From a virus (taxonomy: Duplodnaviria; Caudoviricetes), in the IMG/VR virus record IMGVR_UViG_3300020577_010931, positions 26,951 through 90,950 of that record: a DNA stretch of 64,000 nt; one strand, written 5' to 3'. The notes under the pieces are model-generated. The model had not been told where the DNA came from. It was given only the letters and a program-made list of their open reading frames with translations, and did not search any database. Of the stretch, positions 20,302 to 29,580 are shown in pieces (within the stretch, counting starts at the first letter, position 1; every line of letters begins with the position of its first letter). The translations under genes and the position numbers were made by a program.

Positions 20302-20797
20302 CCTGACTCCACTTCTCCAGGCTGTTGTCTCTCTCGCTGTTGTTCTTCTTACGGCTCTTGGTGGCTGGGCGCTGAAGCATCTGACCGACAAGCTCGGCCT
20401 GGACAAGGACAGCAAGGTTCGTCAGAACATCTACGACGTCTTTGAGAAAGGACTCGCCTACGCGGCTCAGAAGGCCGTGGAGAAGGGTCAGGACTTCACC
20501 AAGATCGAGGTGAAGAACCAGATGATCGCTGAAGCTGCTCAGTATGTCATCCCGAAGATTCCGGATGGTCTGGCCTACTTCAACATCACCCCGAAAGCTC
20601 TTGAGCAGATGCTGGAAGCTCGTCTAGGTACGGCAAATCTTGAGGTGAATCGCGCGGCCATCGGCAACGTGAACGCCGCACCGACGAATCTTCCGGAAAT
20701 CCCTGCTCCGCCGCCGGCCCCGCCCGTGACGAATATCACGGATTCGACGGTGACAATAGAAGCAACACCCGCGCCCGTTCCTGAGGCAACTCAGTGA
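20276..20797 (+). CDS. Holin (LL-H-like, one N-terminal TM helix)
   Basis: TM segment LLQAVVSLAVVLLTALGGWAL followed by a soluble helical domain; lies between the endolysin and the spanins. Confidence 0.6.
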   Translation: MDPVATTIDLTPLLQAVVSLAVVLLTALGGWALKHLTDKLGLDKDSKVRQNIYDVFEKGLAYAAQKAVEKGQDFTKIEVKNQMIAEAAQYVIPKIPDGLAYFNITPKALEQMLEARLGTANLEVNRAAIGNVNAAPTNLPEIPAPPPAPPVTNITDSTVTIEATPAPVPEATQ

Positions 20798-21057
20798 TAG
20801 GTTCGATTGTTTCTGCTCTGATCTCAGGACTCCTGGGTTTCATCGGAGATTACCTCAAGGATCTTCGACGAGAGCGAGATCTCAAAGACCTGGGATACAC
20901 CCAAGCAGAAAGAGATGCAGCCAATGAAGGTCTCAAGCGTGCTGAAAGAGCCAATGAGATTCGTGCTGGGAATCTCGTTCCCGGTGCTGCTGAGCGGTTG
21001 CGCACTTCTCAGTGGAACAGGGACAGCAAACGCCCCGCCGATCGTGTCGGGGTGTGA
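20794..21057 (+). CDS. Inner-membrane spanin (Rz-like)
   Basis: N-terminal TM helix then a coiled coil; overlapped in another frame by a lipoprotein gene. Confidence 0.7.
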   Translation: MIGSIVSALISGLLGFIGDYLKDLRRERDLKDLGYTQAERDAANEGLKRAERANEIRAGNLVPGAAERLRTSQWNRDSKRPADRVGV

Positions 21058-21196
21058 GTGGGTCCAGCCCATCATGATCGGAAACGCTGACGTTCTCACC
21101 GATCAGACGGCGTCTGAGATCGAGTCTCACAATCAGCTTTGGTCCGAAAACTGCGCGCCTAAGCCCGCAGTGCTAGAGACCCCTCCCACGCCCTAG
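20954..21196 (+). CDS. Outer-membrane lipoprotein spanin (Rz1-like)
   Basis: MRFVLGISFPVLLSG-C lipobox, Pro-rich, with extra Cys residues; overlaps the i-spanin. Confidence 0.75.
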   Translation: MRFVLGISFPVLLSGCALLSGTGTANAPPIVSGCEWVQPIMIGNADVLTDQTASEIESHNQLWSENCAPKPAVLETPPTP

Positions 21197-21247
21197 CGCG
21201 TGTCCAGAATTGCCTCGCGCGCGTGCGCGGGGGTACCAGTGGCGGCC

Positions 21248-21285
21248 GGGCCGCTTGACTGCTCTAGAGCAAGCCAAGCGGCCCG
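21248..21285. terminator. Hairpin between convergent genes (likely bidirectional terminator)
   Basis: GGGCCGCTTG...CAAGCGGCCC inverted repeat with an internal GCTCTAGAGC palindrome. Confidence 0.6.
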
Positions 21286-21289
21286 ATGC

Positions 21290-21548
21290 TTATGGACGAG
21301 CTAGCTCGACCTTGATGGCAGGACAGAAATCCGCGTGAGCCATCCACCATTCCACGATTTCTCCAGGCTGATCGAAGATACGAGCCTTTTCGAAATCACT
21401 GGTCCATTCGCCGTTGTCGTCAAGGAACTTGTCGGTATCCGGATTCACCGGGCTCATCGAAGATACGAGCCTTCTCGAAATCACTGGTCCATTCGCCATT
21501 GTCGTCAAGGAACTTGTCGGTATCCGGATTCACTGCGACGCACTTCAA
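21290..21548 (-). pseudogene. Small gene (57 aa when intact) frameshifted by an 85-bp tandem duplication
   Basis: GGAGG RBS + TTG at 21548 gives 42 aa and stops at 21420. Removing one 85-bp copy restores MKCVAVNPDTDKFLDDNGEWTSDFEKARIFDQPGEIVEWWMAHADFCPAIKVELARP. Confidence 0.6.
21371..21533. repeat. Tandem direct repeat, two 78-bp copies, period 85 bp
   Basis: 21371..21448 vs 21456..21533, differing at 2 positions. Confidence 0.9.
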
Positions 21549-21628
21549 AGCTGTCCTCCTGGGATGTTCAATGCTTTATAGTATATAGGTAGCGACTTCT
21601 CCCCAAATCACAGGAAAGTGGTTCTTGC

Positions 21629-21656
21629 TTGCGCGAGATCCTCAGCCTGCTAAACT
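21629..21656 (+). promoter_or_regulatory. Putative sigma70 promoter for the replication cluster
   Basis: TTGCGC-N16-TAAACT (GCTAAACT resembles an alphaproteobacterial -10). Confidence 0.4.
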
Positions 21657-21670
21657 GAGCATTCCTCATT

Positions 21671-23383
21671 GTGGATAGAGTCATGCCGCTGCTCGTTGGT
21701 CAGATTGAGAAGTCGAAGACTGTCTACGGTACGGTCACTGGTCAAAAATCTCCTCGTCTTTATGACACAGCTCGTTCTATGCCTGGGAAGAAGAAATGGG
21801 TGGACAACGTCCTCTACTTCGAACTCAGCGGTGCGAATATCGAATTTCTGAGATCTCGTCATCCTGAAGCGACTTGGACTCCAGAGATGGAGAGTCGATA
21901 CCAGGAGATCGTGAATACGAGAGCTCTCGAGCAATCTGTTCGAGAAGCCAAGATGAATGGTATCAATTTCATTGAGAATTTCCCTTTCAAGCTTCCACCT
22001 TTCAAGCACCAGAAGGAAGCGTTTTCTCTTTCTGGGACGAAGCCGTATTTCGGCTATTTCATGGAGATGGGAACCGGCAAGACTAAGGTCACGATCGACA
22101 ACGCTGCCCTCCTGATTTCTGAAGGTCTTATCGATACTATTCTCATCGTCGCCCCAAACGGAGTCCATGCTCAGTGGGTGAACGAACAGATTCCAGAGCA
22201 CATGCCGGCATTCGTTAACTACGTGTCGTTCAAGTATTTCTCGGGATGTGACAAAGGGAAGAAGAACCAGGAAGCTCTTGAGGCCTTCTGGGAATCCGAT
22301 AAGATTCGAGTTCTCGCTATGAACGTGGAATCCTTCTCCCACGATAGCGGTGTAGAATTCGCTTCCAAGTTCATTCGTTCTGGTACAACTTTGATGATCG
22401 TGGATGAGTCATCCAAGATCAAGAACATTGGATCGAAGAGAACCAAGAATATTCTGAAGCTGAGAGACATGGCTCCCTTCAGGCGTGCTCTATCTGGGAC
22501 CCCCGTGACCCAGGGAGTCGAAGATCTCTACGCTCAGCTTCTCTTCCTCCACGAAGACATTCTGGGTCACTCGAGTTTCTACACATTCCGCAATGAATTC
22601 TGCGTCATGGGCGGGTATGAGAACAAGGAGATTGTAGGATACAGGAATCTTGAGGGTCTCCAGCAGAGACTCGATGGACATACGATTCGCGTTCTCAAGG
22701 AAGACTGCCTCGACCTTCCGGAAAAGATGTTCGTCAATCGTGAAGTAGAGATGACTGAAGAACAAGCTCGTCTCTACAGTGAATTGAAGAAACACTTCAT
22801 TGCTGAAATTTCAGAGAACCAGTCGGTTGAGGCTCCTCTGGCTGTTGTTCGTCTTCTTCGTCTCCAGGAGATTCTTTCCGGGTACACGAAAGATGAGACT
22901 GGTCTGATTCACGAGATTCCGAACAATCGTATTGATGATCTCATTGAGGTCATTGAAGAAGTCCCTGGGAAAGTCATCGTCTGGGCTCGTTTCAAATACG
23001 ACGCTCAAATGATTGGCCAGCGTCTTGAGAAAGAGGGAATCGAATTTGCTCTGTACGGAGGATCTGTTCCTGCAGAGAAGAGACCAGCCGTTATTCAGCG
23101 ATTCAGAGAAGATCCGAAGTGCAAGGTCTTTCTTACGAACACTCAGATGGGTGGAACTGGTCTCAATCTCACTTGTGCGAGCACGGCGGTCTATTACAAC
23201 CTCGATTTCAATCTTGAGAATTTCCTTCAGAGTCAGGATCGTATCCATAGGATCGGTGCGACTCAGAAATGCACCTATGTTCTTCTTCAGGCTCGCGGGA
23301 CTCTTGATGTGAAGATCGCCTCGGCTCTAAAGTCGAAGAAAGATCTTGCCACGATGGTTCTGGACATTAGAGACTACATCTGA
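21671..23383 (+). CDS. SNF2-family (SF2) helicase
   Basis: FMEMGTGKTK (motif I), IVDESSKIKN (II), ALSGTP (III), GGTGLNLTCAS.AVYY, QSQDRIHRIG (VI). Confidence 0.92.
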   Translation: MDRVMPLLVGQIEKSKTVYGTVTGQKSPRLYDTARSMPGKKKWVDNVLYFELSGANIEFLRSRHPEATWTPEMESRYQEIVNTRALEQSVREAKMNGINFIENFPFKLPPFKHQKEAFSLSGTKPYFGYFMEMGTGKTKVTIDNAALLISEGLIDTILIVAPNGVHAQWVNEQIPEHMPAFVNYVSFKYFSGCDKGKKNQEALEAFWESDKIRVLAMNVESFSHDSGVEFASKFIRSGTTLMIVDESSKIKNIGSKRTKNILKLRDMAPFRRALSGTPVTQGVEDLYAQLLFLHEDILGHSSFYTFRNEFCVMGGYENKEIVGYRNLEGLQQRLDGHTIRVLKEDCLDLPEKMFVNREVEMTEEQARLYSELKKHFIAEISENQSVEAPLAVVRLLRLQEILSGYTKDETGLIHEIPNNRIDDLIEVIEEVPGKVIVWARFKYDAQMIGQRLEKEGIEFALYGGSVPAEKRPAVIQRFREDPKCKVFLTNTQMGGTGLNLTCASTAVYYNLDFNLENFLQSQDRIHRIGATQKCTYVLLQARGTLDVKIASALKSKKDLATMVLDIRDYI

Positions 23384-23443
23384 TTCCTCTTCCGTGTGGC
23401 GCTGAGATAATCGCCGCGGTATGATGTTCACACAACAAAGGAC

Positions 23444-24013
23444 ATGCCTATGACGGAAATCGACCTGACTGAAGACGCCGATGAGCGTCGACCAATTGAT
23501 ACCACTGACGCAGCCCAGATCGGTATCCTGTGCGAAGAATATCTGAAGCTCGAGAGAGAAATCACCATTCTCGAGGAAAGGATCGCCAAGCGCAAGGAGC
23601 GGATGAGCCGTCTTGAACTGGAATTCATTCCTGAATCCATGCGAGCGGCGAATACTTCTGAGTTCAAGCTGTACGATGGAAGCAAGGTGGAGGTCAAACC
23701 CTTCATCAAGCTCGGTATCGTCGAGGAGAAGAAACCGGAAGCCTTCAAGTGGTTCCGGGCGAACAACTTCGGCGACATCATCAAGCGGAACGTTTCGGTT
23801 GCTCTCGGGAAAGGTCAGGACAAGGTCGCCACCGAGGTCTTTGACATCCTGACCAAGATGAAACTCAATCCTGTCGATCAGGAGAACGTCCACTGGCAGA
23901 CGCTTCAGGCGTTCGGCAAGGAGCAGCTCGCCAAGGGTGTTCAGTTCCCGGAGGAAATCTTCTCTGTCTTCTCTGGGATGAAGGCGAAGATCAAGGTCCC
24001 CAAGGACAAGTAA
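23444..24013 (+). CDS. Conserved phage replication-region protein (coiled coil, possibly Gam-like)
   Basis: N-terminal coiled coil, IPESM.......F.L.DG.KVEVK, AF.WFR.N.FGDIIKR.VSV, VHWQTL.AF.KE. Position between the helicase and the SSB-like gene. Confidence 0.5.
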   Translation: MPMTEIDLTEDADERRPIDTTDAAQIGILCEEYLKLEREITILEERIAKRKERMSRLELEFIPESMRAANTSEFKLYDGSKVEVKPFIKLGIVEEKKPEAFKWFRANNFGDIIKRNVSVALGKGQDKVATEVFDILTKMKLNPVDQENVHWQTLQAFGKEQLAKGVQFPEEIFSVFSGMKAKIKVPKDK

Positions 24014-24069
24014 ATCCTGGGGCACAAGATCCTCCGGTAAGGCAAATCCATGAACAAATAGGACTTGCA

Positions 24070-24098
24070 TTGCCGGTCGATTCGTAGCAATATACAGT
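24070..24098 (+). promoter_or_regulatory. Putative sigma70 promoter
   Basis: TTGCCG-N17-TACAGT upstream of ATG 24116. Confidence 0.5.
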
Positions 24099-24115
24099 CC
24101 TTCAGACGGGAGCCA

Positions 24116-24994
24116 ATGATGGCCAAAGCAGCGGCGGAAGCCGTGGTTGATGAAAAGGTGACGGAGCCCGTCGCCGAAGAGAAGAAGGAGGTCGTCGAAG
24201 CGCCGTCTGCTTCAACGGCAGTCGTTCCGATGAGTGTGTCGATGGACATGCTCATGGAAGACGAAGGTCAGGGTCTCGAGAACGTCGGTATCGCCGATGT
24301 TATGGTCCCGTACCTTTCGGTCCTTCAGAACACCAGTCCCCAGGTGAAAAAGAAAGACGCTGCGTACGTGGAAGGTGCCGAAGAGGGCATGTTCTACAAC
24401 ACGGCGTCTGGTGTTCTCTACGATGGTGACAAGGGTGTCATCCTCGTTCCGGCGCATTTCATTCGTCGTCATGTCGAATGGATTCCCCGCGACAAGGGTG
24501 GCGGTCTGGTCGCCGACTATGGGAAGGACTCCTCCGTTCTTGCTCGTTGCGAGCAGGTCGGGGCGCGTTACGTCACCAAGGACGGCAATGAGATCGTCGT
24601 CTCTGGGACACACTACGTCTTCATCGTCAATCCGGAAACCGGTCAGTTCGAGAGAGCGATCTTCTCTCTGTCCGGTACCCAGATGAAGAAGTCCAGGAAG
24701 TGGATCAACGCTCTGGAGTCTCTCCAGTGGCCGAGACCCAATGGACAAGGGACGTTCAAGCCTGCATCGTTTGCGAGCTCGTTCCACGTCACCACGGTGC
24801 CTGAGTCCAACAAGAAGGGCGACTGGATGGGGGTCAAGATTGTCCCCTTCAAACCCACCCTTCAGCTTCCCAACGGCAATGAGATCTATCTCAAGGCCCG
24901 GGAATTCAAGAAGTCCATCGAGGCCGGCGAGATCAAAATCGCCGAACCCGAGCAGCACAGCGACAGCGGTTCGGAAGACGATCCTCCGTTCTGA
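24116..24994 (+). CDS. Putative ssDNA-binding/annealing protein
   Basis: G.ENV...D..VPYL.VLQ.TSPQV; FIRRHVEWIPRDKGGGLV; acidic C-terminus ending DDPPF; strong codon bias. Confidence 0.55.
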   Translation: MMAKAAAEAVVDEKVTEPVAEEKKEVVEAPSASTAVVPMSVSMDMLMEDEGQGLENVGIADVMVPYLSVLQNTSPQVKKKDAAYVEGAEEGMFYNTASGVLYDGDKGVILVPAHFIRRHVEWIPRDKGGGLVADYGKDSSVLARCEQVGARYVTKDGNEIVVSGTHYVFIVNPETGQFERAIFSLSGTQMKKSRKWINALESLQWPRPNGQGTFKPASFASSFHVTTVPESNKKGDWMGVKIVPFKPTLQLPNGNEIYLKAREFKKSIEAGEIKIAEPEQHSDSGSEDDPPF

Positions 24995-25029
24995 TCTGAC
25001 TCGCCACCACAAAACATCAAGAGAGAATC

Positions 25030-25728
25030 ATGGCAGATACCACCGAAGCCCCGAAGACCGAAGAGACCAAGGCGGCCGAGACGCCGAAGACTCCGGCGCC
25101 GACCTACAACTACTGGATCGGTTCGAAGCACTCGGACGAGGGCACGGCGCTCAACTTCGTGATGAAGCACGTCGTCGCCAATCCGGGTGTGTCCCACGAG
25201 ACGCTGAAGCAGGCAGTCATCGCGGGCTACTCGCGCAAGACCGGCGCCCCGGTCACTCCGGTCTATGTCCAGTCGCTGATTCGCTACGCCGTGAAGAACG
25301 GCAACCTCGTCGAGCGCGCCGAGGCGGCCGGTCCGGGTCTCCCGACCAAGCCCGTCAAGGAATCGGCGCCGGGGACCACGACCGCTTCGGGCGAGACGAA
25401 GCCGGCTGAGCCGGTCGCGTCGGAGTCCGGCCAGGAAGTCCTCAAGGCCCTCGAGGGCAAGACGGGTCCGTTCACCCGTGACGAGATCGCGACGCACACC
25501 GGCAAGAAGGTCGTCGCGATCACCCGTACGCTGATGAAGCTCGTCAAGGACGGCTTCCTCATCGAGACGAAGGAGGGCGAGGTCACCAAGTACAGCGTCG
25601 CTCCGTCGAAGACGGGTGCTCCGGCGACCACCGAGGGTACGGCAGCGACCGAGGCCATCTCGCCGCCGGAGACGACCGGCGTCGTGACCGATGGGACCGA
25701 GACGGCCGGCACCGACGCCAGCGAGTAA
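25030..25728 (+). CDS. Hypothetical protein with a winged-HTH-like segment and low-complexity T/P/E/A linkers
   Basis: VLKALEGKTGPFTRDEIATHTGKKVVAITRTLMKLVKDGFLIET is wHTH-like; strongly biased codons. Confidence 0.6.
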   Translation: MADTTEAPKTEETKAAETPKTPAPTYNYWIGSKHSDEGTALNFVMKHVVANPGVSHETLKQAVIAGYSRKTGAPVTPVYVQSLIRYAVKNGNLVERAEAAGPGLPTKPVKESAPGTTTASGETKPAEPVASESGQEVLKALEGKTGPFTRDEIATHTGKKVVAITRTLMKLVKDGFLIETKEGEVTKYSVAPSKTGAPATTEGTAATEAISPPETTGVVTDGTETAGTDASE

Positions 25729-25747
25729 GTTCTCGCTCGTTTCTATC

Positions 25748-25787
25748 AGACCCCGCCGAGAGACCCTCGGCGGGGTCTTTTACTTTG
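25748..25787 (+). terminator. Rho-independent terminator
   Basis: AGACCCCGCCGAG-agacc-CTCGGCGGGGTCT followed by TTTACTTT. Confidence 0.85.
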
Positions 25788-26696
25788 GAGGATCGCTTGG
25801 ATCAGGTTGTGTTCGACAAAGATATGCTCGATACGGCGATCTACTATTTCAATGAACGGGAACGAATTCGACAGAAGAAGGAAGAAGGAGAGAAGTGGCC
25901 CTGGACCAAAGATCCAATCCTCCAGCAGTTCTCGTTCACGAACATCCTGCGTGAACACGACCGAACCTCCTCCTGGGCCAATCAGAACTGGTATGCTCCG
26001 CACTATGAAGCAGATCCAGCTGTTCAGCTTTTCAACTGCGGCGTGTTCCGCTATTTCGGTACGATCGAATTTGCCGAAGATCTCGGTTGGCAGGACAAGT
26101 TCGATCCGGACTATATCATCGGCACTGCTGATGAGAGAATGAAATACAAGAAGAAGGTCTTCACCGGGGCCTATGTCATTACGAACCAAGGGATCGCGAG
26201 ACCGAAACAAGAAGTGGTCACAGAGATTTTCCTGAAGGGTCTCTGGGAATCGCGCCATGCTATACTTAGTGCATACAATCGTTCCCACAAATGGGAAGAC
26301 GCTGCGCGTGTTCTGATGGGAGTTGCCGGATTCGGCGGATCTGGATTCATGGCCAAAGAGGTATTGCAGGACGCAATGTTCACAGCGGCAATGCCTCGGA
26401 ACGAGGTTATCGATCGTATGTCCTGGAGTCCTGTTGGGCCAGGAGCCCAGAGAGGACTGAACCGTCTACAGGCTCGACCGCTTGATCAGAGGGTTCGAGA
26501 AGCCGATGGTATTCGGCAAATGAAGCATCTACAGTCTTGGCTTGTGGATGCGGCTGAACCTCACATGAGCATTGTTCTGGATCGGTTCGATCTCCACGCC
26601 GTCCAGTTCATCTGCTGTGAAATCGACAAGTACGTTCGCGTACGCAACGGCGAGGGACGTCCACGACAGACGTATCGCCAGGGAAGACACGCATGA
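25785..26696 (+). CDS. aGPT-Pplase1 / 5-hmdU DNA kinase helical-domain family protein
   Basis: YYFNERERIRQKKEEG...PWTKDPILQQFSFTNILREHDRTS; VFTGAYVI; GPGAQRGLNRL; QFICCEIDKY.R. Confidence 0.8.
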   Translation: MEDRLDQVVFDKDMLDTAIYYFNERERIRQKKEEGEKWPWTKDPILQQFSFTNILREHDRTSSWANQNWYAPHYEADPAVQLFNCGVFRYFGTIEFAEDLGWQDKFDPDYIIGTADERMKYKKKVFTGAYVITNQGIARPKQEVVTEIFLKGLWESRHAILSAYNRSHKWEDAARVLMGVAGFGGSGFMAKEVLQDAMFTAAMPRNEVIDRMSWSPVGPGAQRGLNRLQARPLDQRVREADGIRQMKHLQSWLVDAAEPHMSIVLDRFDLHAVQFICCEIDKYVRVRNGEGRPRQTYRQGRHA

Positions 26697-28015
26697 AGAT
26701 CCTTATCGCCTGCTACCAGATGATGGACCTCGGTGGTATCGTCGGGGACCTGGAAGCTCTGTATCAGGGTCTCACGACCCTGGGTCACGAAGTGGAGGTT
26801 CGTCAGCTTTGCTGGCGCACAACGATTGGTTCCCAGAGAATCGATACGACTGGGATGATCAAGGGGAGCTTTGGTCTCTGGCATGATCAGACTGGATGGG
26901 TTTGGGACCAGGTACATCGGATTCCCTACAAGGGTCCCGAGAATATCAGCCGGTGGAAAGAATTTGCCAACGGATTTGATGCGGTCATCTGGCATCTTCC
27001 CGTGCCGTCACAGAACAACGAGAATGAGGGAAATAGCGATTGGCTGGAACTGTATGAGATCTCTCCAGCACAGATCGCGTATGTCCATGACGGGAACCTT
27101 CACGAGGGTTATCCGTGGGTCTATGCTATCCAGAATCGAATCAAAGCATTCGTCGCGACTCAGGGAGCTGCCTATGGAAGTCTCGCGCAGGTTCCGAATC
27201 GGTCGTATCTGGTGATGTCGGGCCAGGTCGATATCGAGAATCGGAAGAGGATGCGCGAGCCTCGCTGGGAAGATAGACTCCCTGGGTTCTATGCGAATTT
27301 CACGGCGAAGGGATGGAAGCATCTCGCAGATCTGGTGAGAGCAGTTCCTCACATGAATGCGTATCCGAAGATCTATGCGGGAAACGGCATCGATCTCAGA
27401 TACATGCGATCCCCCGACAAGTGTCCTCCCAAGTATTTCGCAAGCGAACAATACGATCCTGATATGAAGCCCGAGTGGAAGGGCAAGAAGATCTGGGACT
27501 TGGCGCTGGAACACAAGCTCCAGCATCGCGACTACGTTCATCCCCAGGAGCGAGACAATCTGATGTCTCGTATGAGAGTCCATATCGATCCTTCGTGGTC
27601 CAAGAAGTATGCGAGGTTCGGTGGACATTGGAATCGCACGACCGTCGATTCCATGATTGTCGGTACGATTCCTATCGCACGGAATCTCGGTATCGCCACG
27701 AATGAAGAAGGTTACGGGGATATCTTCAATCCCGGCGTGAACTACTTCATGATTCCCTGGAATACGACGCCCAAGCAGTTCGCAGACGAAGTGCGACGTG
27801 CGATCTGTATGTCTACCCAGGAGTACAAGCGATATCTCGAGGAGATGGATCTCATCATTGACACCTGGGACAATGTCAAGGTCGCTGAACGCATCGTGAA
27901 GGCGATTACTGGAGATACCAAGAGCGATCTTCCAACCCAGGTGGGTGGATTTAACGAGACTCTATCTCTTCGCGCCGAGGACGTGTGCCGGACCTTCTTT
28001 AAGGTCTCTTGGTAG
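26693..28015 (+). CDS. GT-B fold glycosyltransferase (putative DNA base glycosyltransferase)
   Basis: MKILIACYQMMDLGGIVGDLEALYQGLTTLGHEV (GT4-like N-terminus); KGWKHL; GGHWNRTTVDSMIVGTIPIA (variant donor-binding loop). Lies between the modification genes. Confidence 0.7.
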   Translation: MKILIACYQMMDLGGIVGDLEALYQGLTTLGHEVEVRQLCWRTTIGSQRIDTTGMIKGSFGLWHDQTGWVWDQVHRIPYKGPENISRWKEFANGFDAVIWHLPVPSQNNENEGNSDWLELYEISPAQIAYVHDGNLHEGYPWVYAIQNRIKAFVATQGAAYGSLAQVPNRSYLVMSGQVDIENRKRMREPRWEDRLPGFYANFTAKGWKHLADLVRAVPHMNAYPKIYAGNGIDLRYMRSPDKCPPKYFASEQYDPDMKPEWKGKKIWDLALEHKLQHRDYVHPQERDNLMSRMRVHIDPSWSKKYARFGGHWNRTTVDSMIVGTIPIARNLGIATNEEGYGDIFNPGVNYFMIPWNTTPKQFADEVRRAICMSTQEYKRYLEEMDLIIDTWDNVKVAERIVKAITGDTKSDLPTQVGGFNETLSLRAEDVCRTFFKVSW

Positions 28016-28066
28016 CGCCAAGACCGTCCCAGCCGTACAATAGGTCACACCTACCAAGGGAGCCCA

Positions 28067-29065
28067 GTGATGGGAGTAGAAAGCGCGTACTCGACACGCA
28101 ACGTCAACACGGGATTCTTCACACTCTACAATGCGATCCAGAAGGAGGGCCTCCCTTCCGATAGTCGCAACGGTCCGGTGCTTCGCTGGCCGACTCCGAT
28201 CATCGTGACCTACGAGAATCCCTGTGAACGAGTTCTCTTCGACGAGACTCGAGATCACAACTACTTCTTCGCATTCTTTGAGTCTCTCTGGATGCTCGCA
28301 GGTCGGGACGATCTGGAGTTCCTGAGTCTCTTCAACAAGAATATGGCGAACTACTCGGATGACGGGAAGCTCATTCGTGGTTCGGCGTATGGACGGAGAT
28401 GGAGAGACTGGTTCGGCTACGATCAAATTTCACACGTCATCCATGAGCTCCAGGACAATCCCACTTCTCGTCGCTGTGTTCTGACGATGTGGGATGCGAC
28501 GAGCGATCCTCTCGTCAGCAGCAAAGACATCCCCTGCAATACTCAGGCGTATGTCGAAGTGGACAATTGGGGTGAGGTCAATCTCACTGTCCTGAATCGT
28601 TCCAACGATCTTGTGTACGGGATGTTCGGCAGCAACGCTGTCCACTTCAGTTTCCTTCTGGAGTACATCGCAGCAAACCTTGGGCGCAAGGTCGGTGTCT
28701 ATCATCAATTCTCCAACAATCTCCATCTCTACACTGACTTTCCAATCACGAAGAAGATCGGTCCCCGTGTTGAAGTCGACGATCCGTATTCAGATGGACG
28801 AGTGTCGACATTCCCTATGTTCCGGAGAGGAGATGAAGATGAGCTCCGGGACTGGGATATCGATCTTCAGCGGAGTTTCGATCTCTCCTGGGGCAAGTTC
28901 GAAACGGAATTCTTCTGCGAAGTTGTGCATCCCATGAGAGAGACGCATCGACTTTATCGTATGAAGAAATACGATGAAGCTCTCGCAACATGCGAGAAAA
29001 TCAAGGCCACCGACATTCGCTACAATGCGAGGGAGTGGCTCAACAGAAGGATCACGAAACGGTGA
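28067..29065 (+). CDS. Thymidylate-synthase-family dUMP hydroxymethylase
   Basis: SRNGPV; FFAFFESLWMLAGRDD; GSAYG.RWR; PTSRRCVLTMWD; DIPCN; NRSNDLVYG.FGSN (Asn at the dUMP-specificity position); VGVYHQFSNNLHLY. Confidence 0.8.
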   Translation: MMGVESAYSTRNVNTGFFTLYNAIQKEGLPSDSRNGPVLRWPTPIIVTYENPCERVLFDETRDHNYFFAFFESLWMLAGRDDLEFLSLFNKNMANYSDDGKLIRGSAYGRRWRDWFGYDQISHVIHELQDNPTSRRCVLTMWDATSDPLVSSKDIPCNTQAYVEVDNWGEVNLTVLNRSNDLVYGMFGSNAVHFSFLLEYIAANLGRKVGVYHQFSNNLHLYTDFPITKKIGPRVEVDDPYSDGRVSTFPMFRRGDEDELRDWDIDLQRSFDLSWGKFETEFFCEVVHPMRETHRLYRMKKYDEALATCEKIKATDIRYNAREWLNRRITKR

Positions 29066-29580
29066 AACTCGTCACTATCTGGAAGACCGCTCGGACTCGT
29101 CGCTATCACACGGAGCCGACGGATCAGGGTGGACAGAACGTCGCCGACCATACGTTCGGCACGATGCTGATTATGAACTATCTCTGGCCGTACGCCAGGA
29201 AGGAAGTCTTCATCTTCCTGATGACTCATGATCTTCCTGAATCCTTCACGGGTGATTCGCCGGCTCCCGCCAAGCGGAAGAACCCGAAGCTCTGGGCTCT
29301 CTTGAACGAAATGGAGGAAGACTGGCTGCACGAAAATGAAATCGAAGTCCCTGAGTTGGATGATCTTGAGCACATCCAGGTTCATGTCTGTGATGGACTC
29401 GAGGCTCTCCTCTACAGTGCGCATCAGGTTGCTCAGGGCAACCGTCTGTTTGGCGCGATGGTAGCTCGAGCGCTAAAATACGTTGGCGCAGAGGCCGACA
29501 AGCTCCATGAGAGTGACGCTTCTCGCATTCGAGTCATTTTGCAGGAAGCGAAACACTATGCTGACACAGCAATCGAGTGA
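29062..29580 (+). CDS. HD-domain nucleotide phosphohydrolase (YfbR-like)
   Basis: RRYHT...QNVADHTFG; LMTHDLPESFTGDSPAPAKR; CDGLEA. GTG start overlaps the upstream stop. Confidence 0.8.
   Translation: MKLVTIWKTARTRRYHTEPTDQGGQNVADHTFGTMLIMNYLWPYARKEVFIFLMTHDLPESFTGDSPAPAKRKNPKLWALLNEMEEDWLHENEIEVPELDDLEHIQVHVCDGLEALLYSAHQVAQGNRLFGAMVARALKYVGAEADKLHESDASRIRVILQEAKHYADTAIE

Noticed and set aside
28067-29065. dCMP hydroxymethylase (hmC pathway) or plain thymidylate synthase
   Set aside because: It has Asn rather than Asp at the specificity position, PCN rather than PCH, and an HMUDK-family neighbour. All three favour dUMP hydroxymethylase, though biochemical confirmation is needed.
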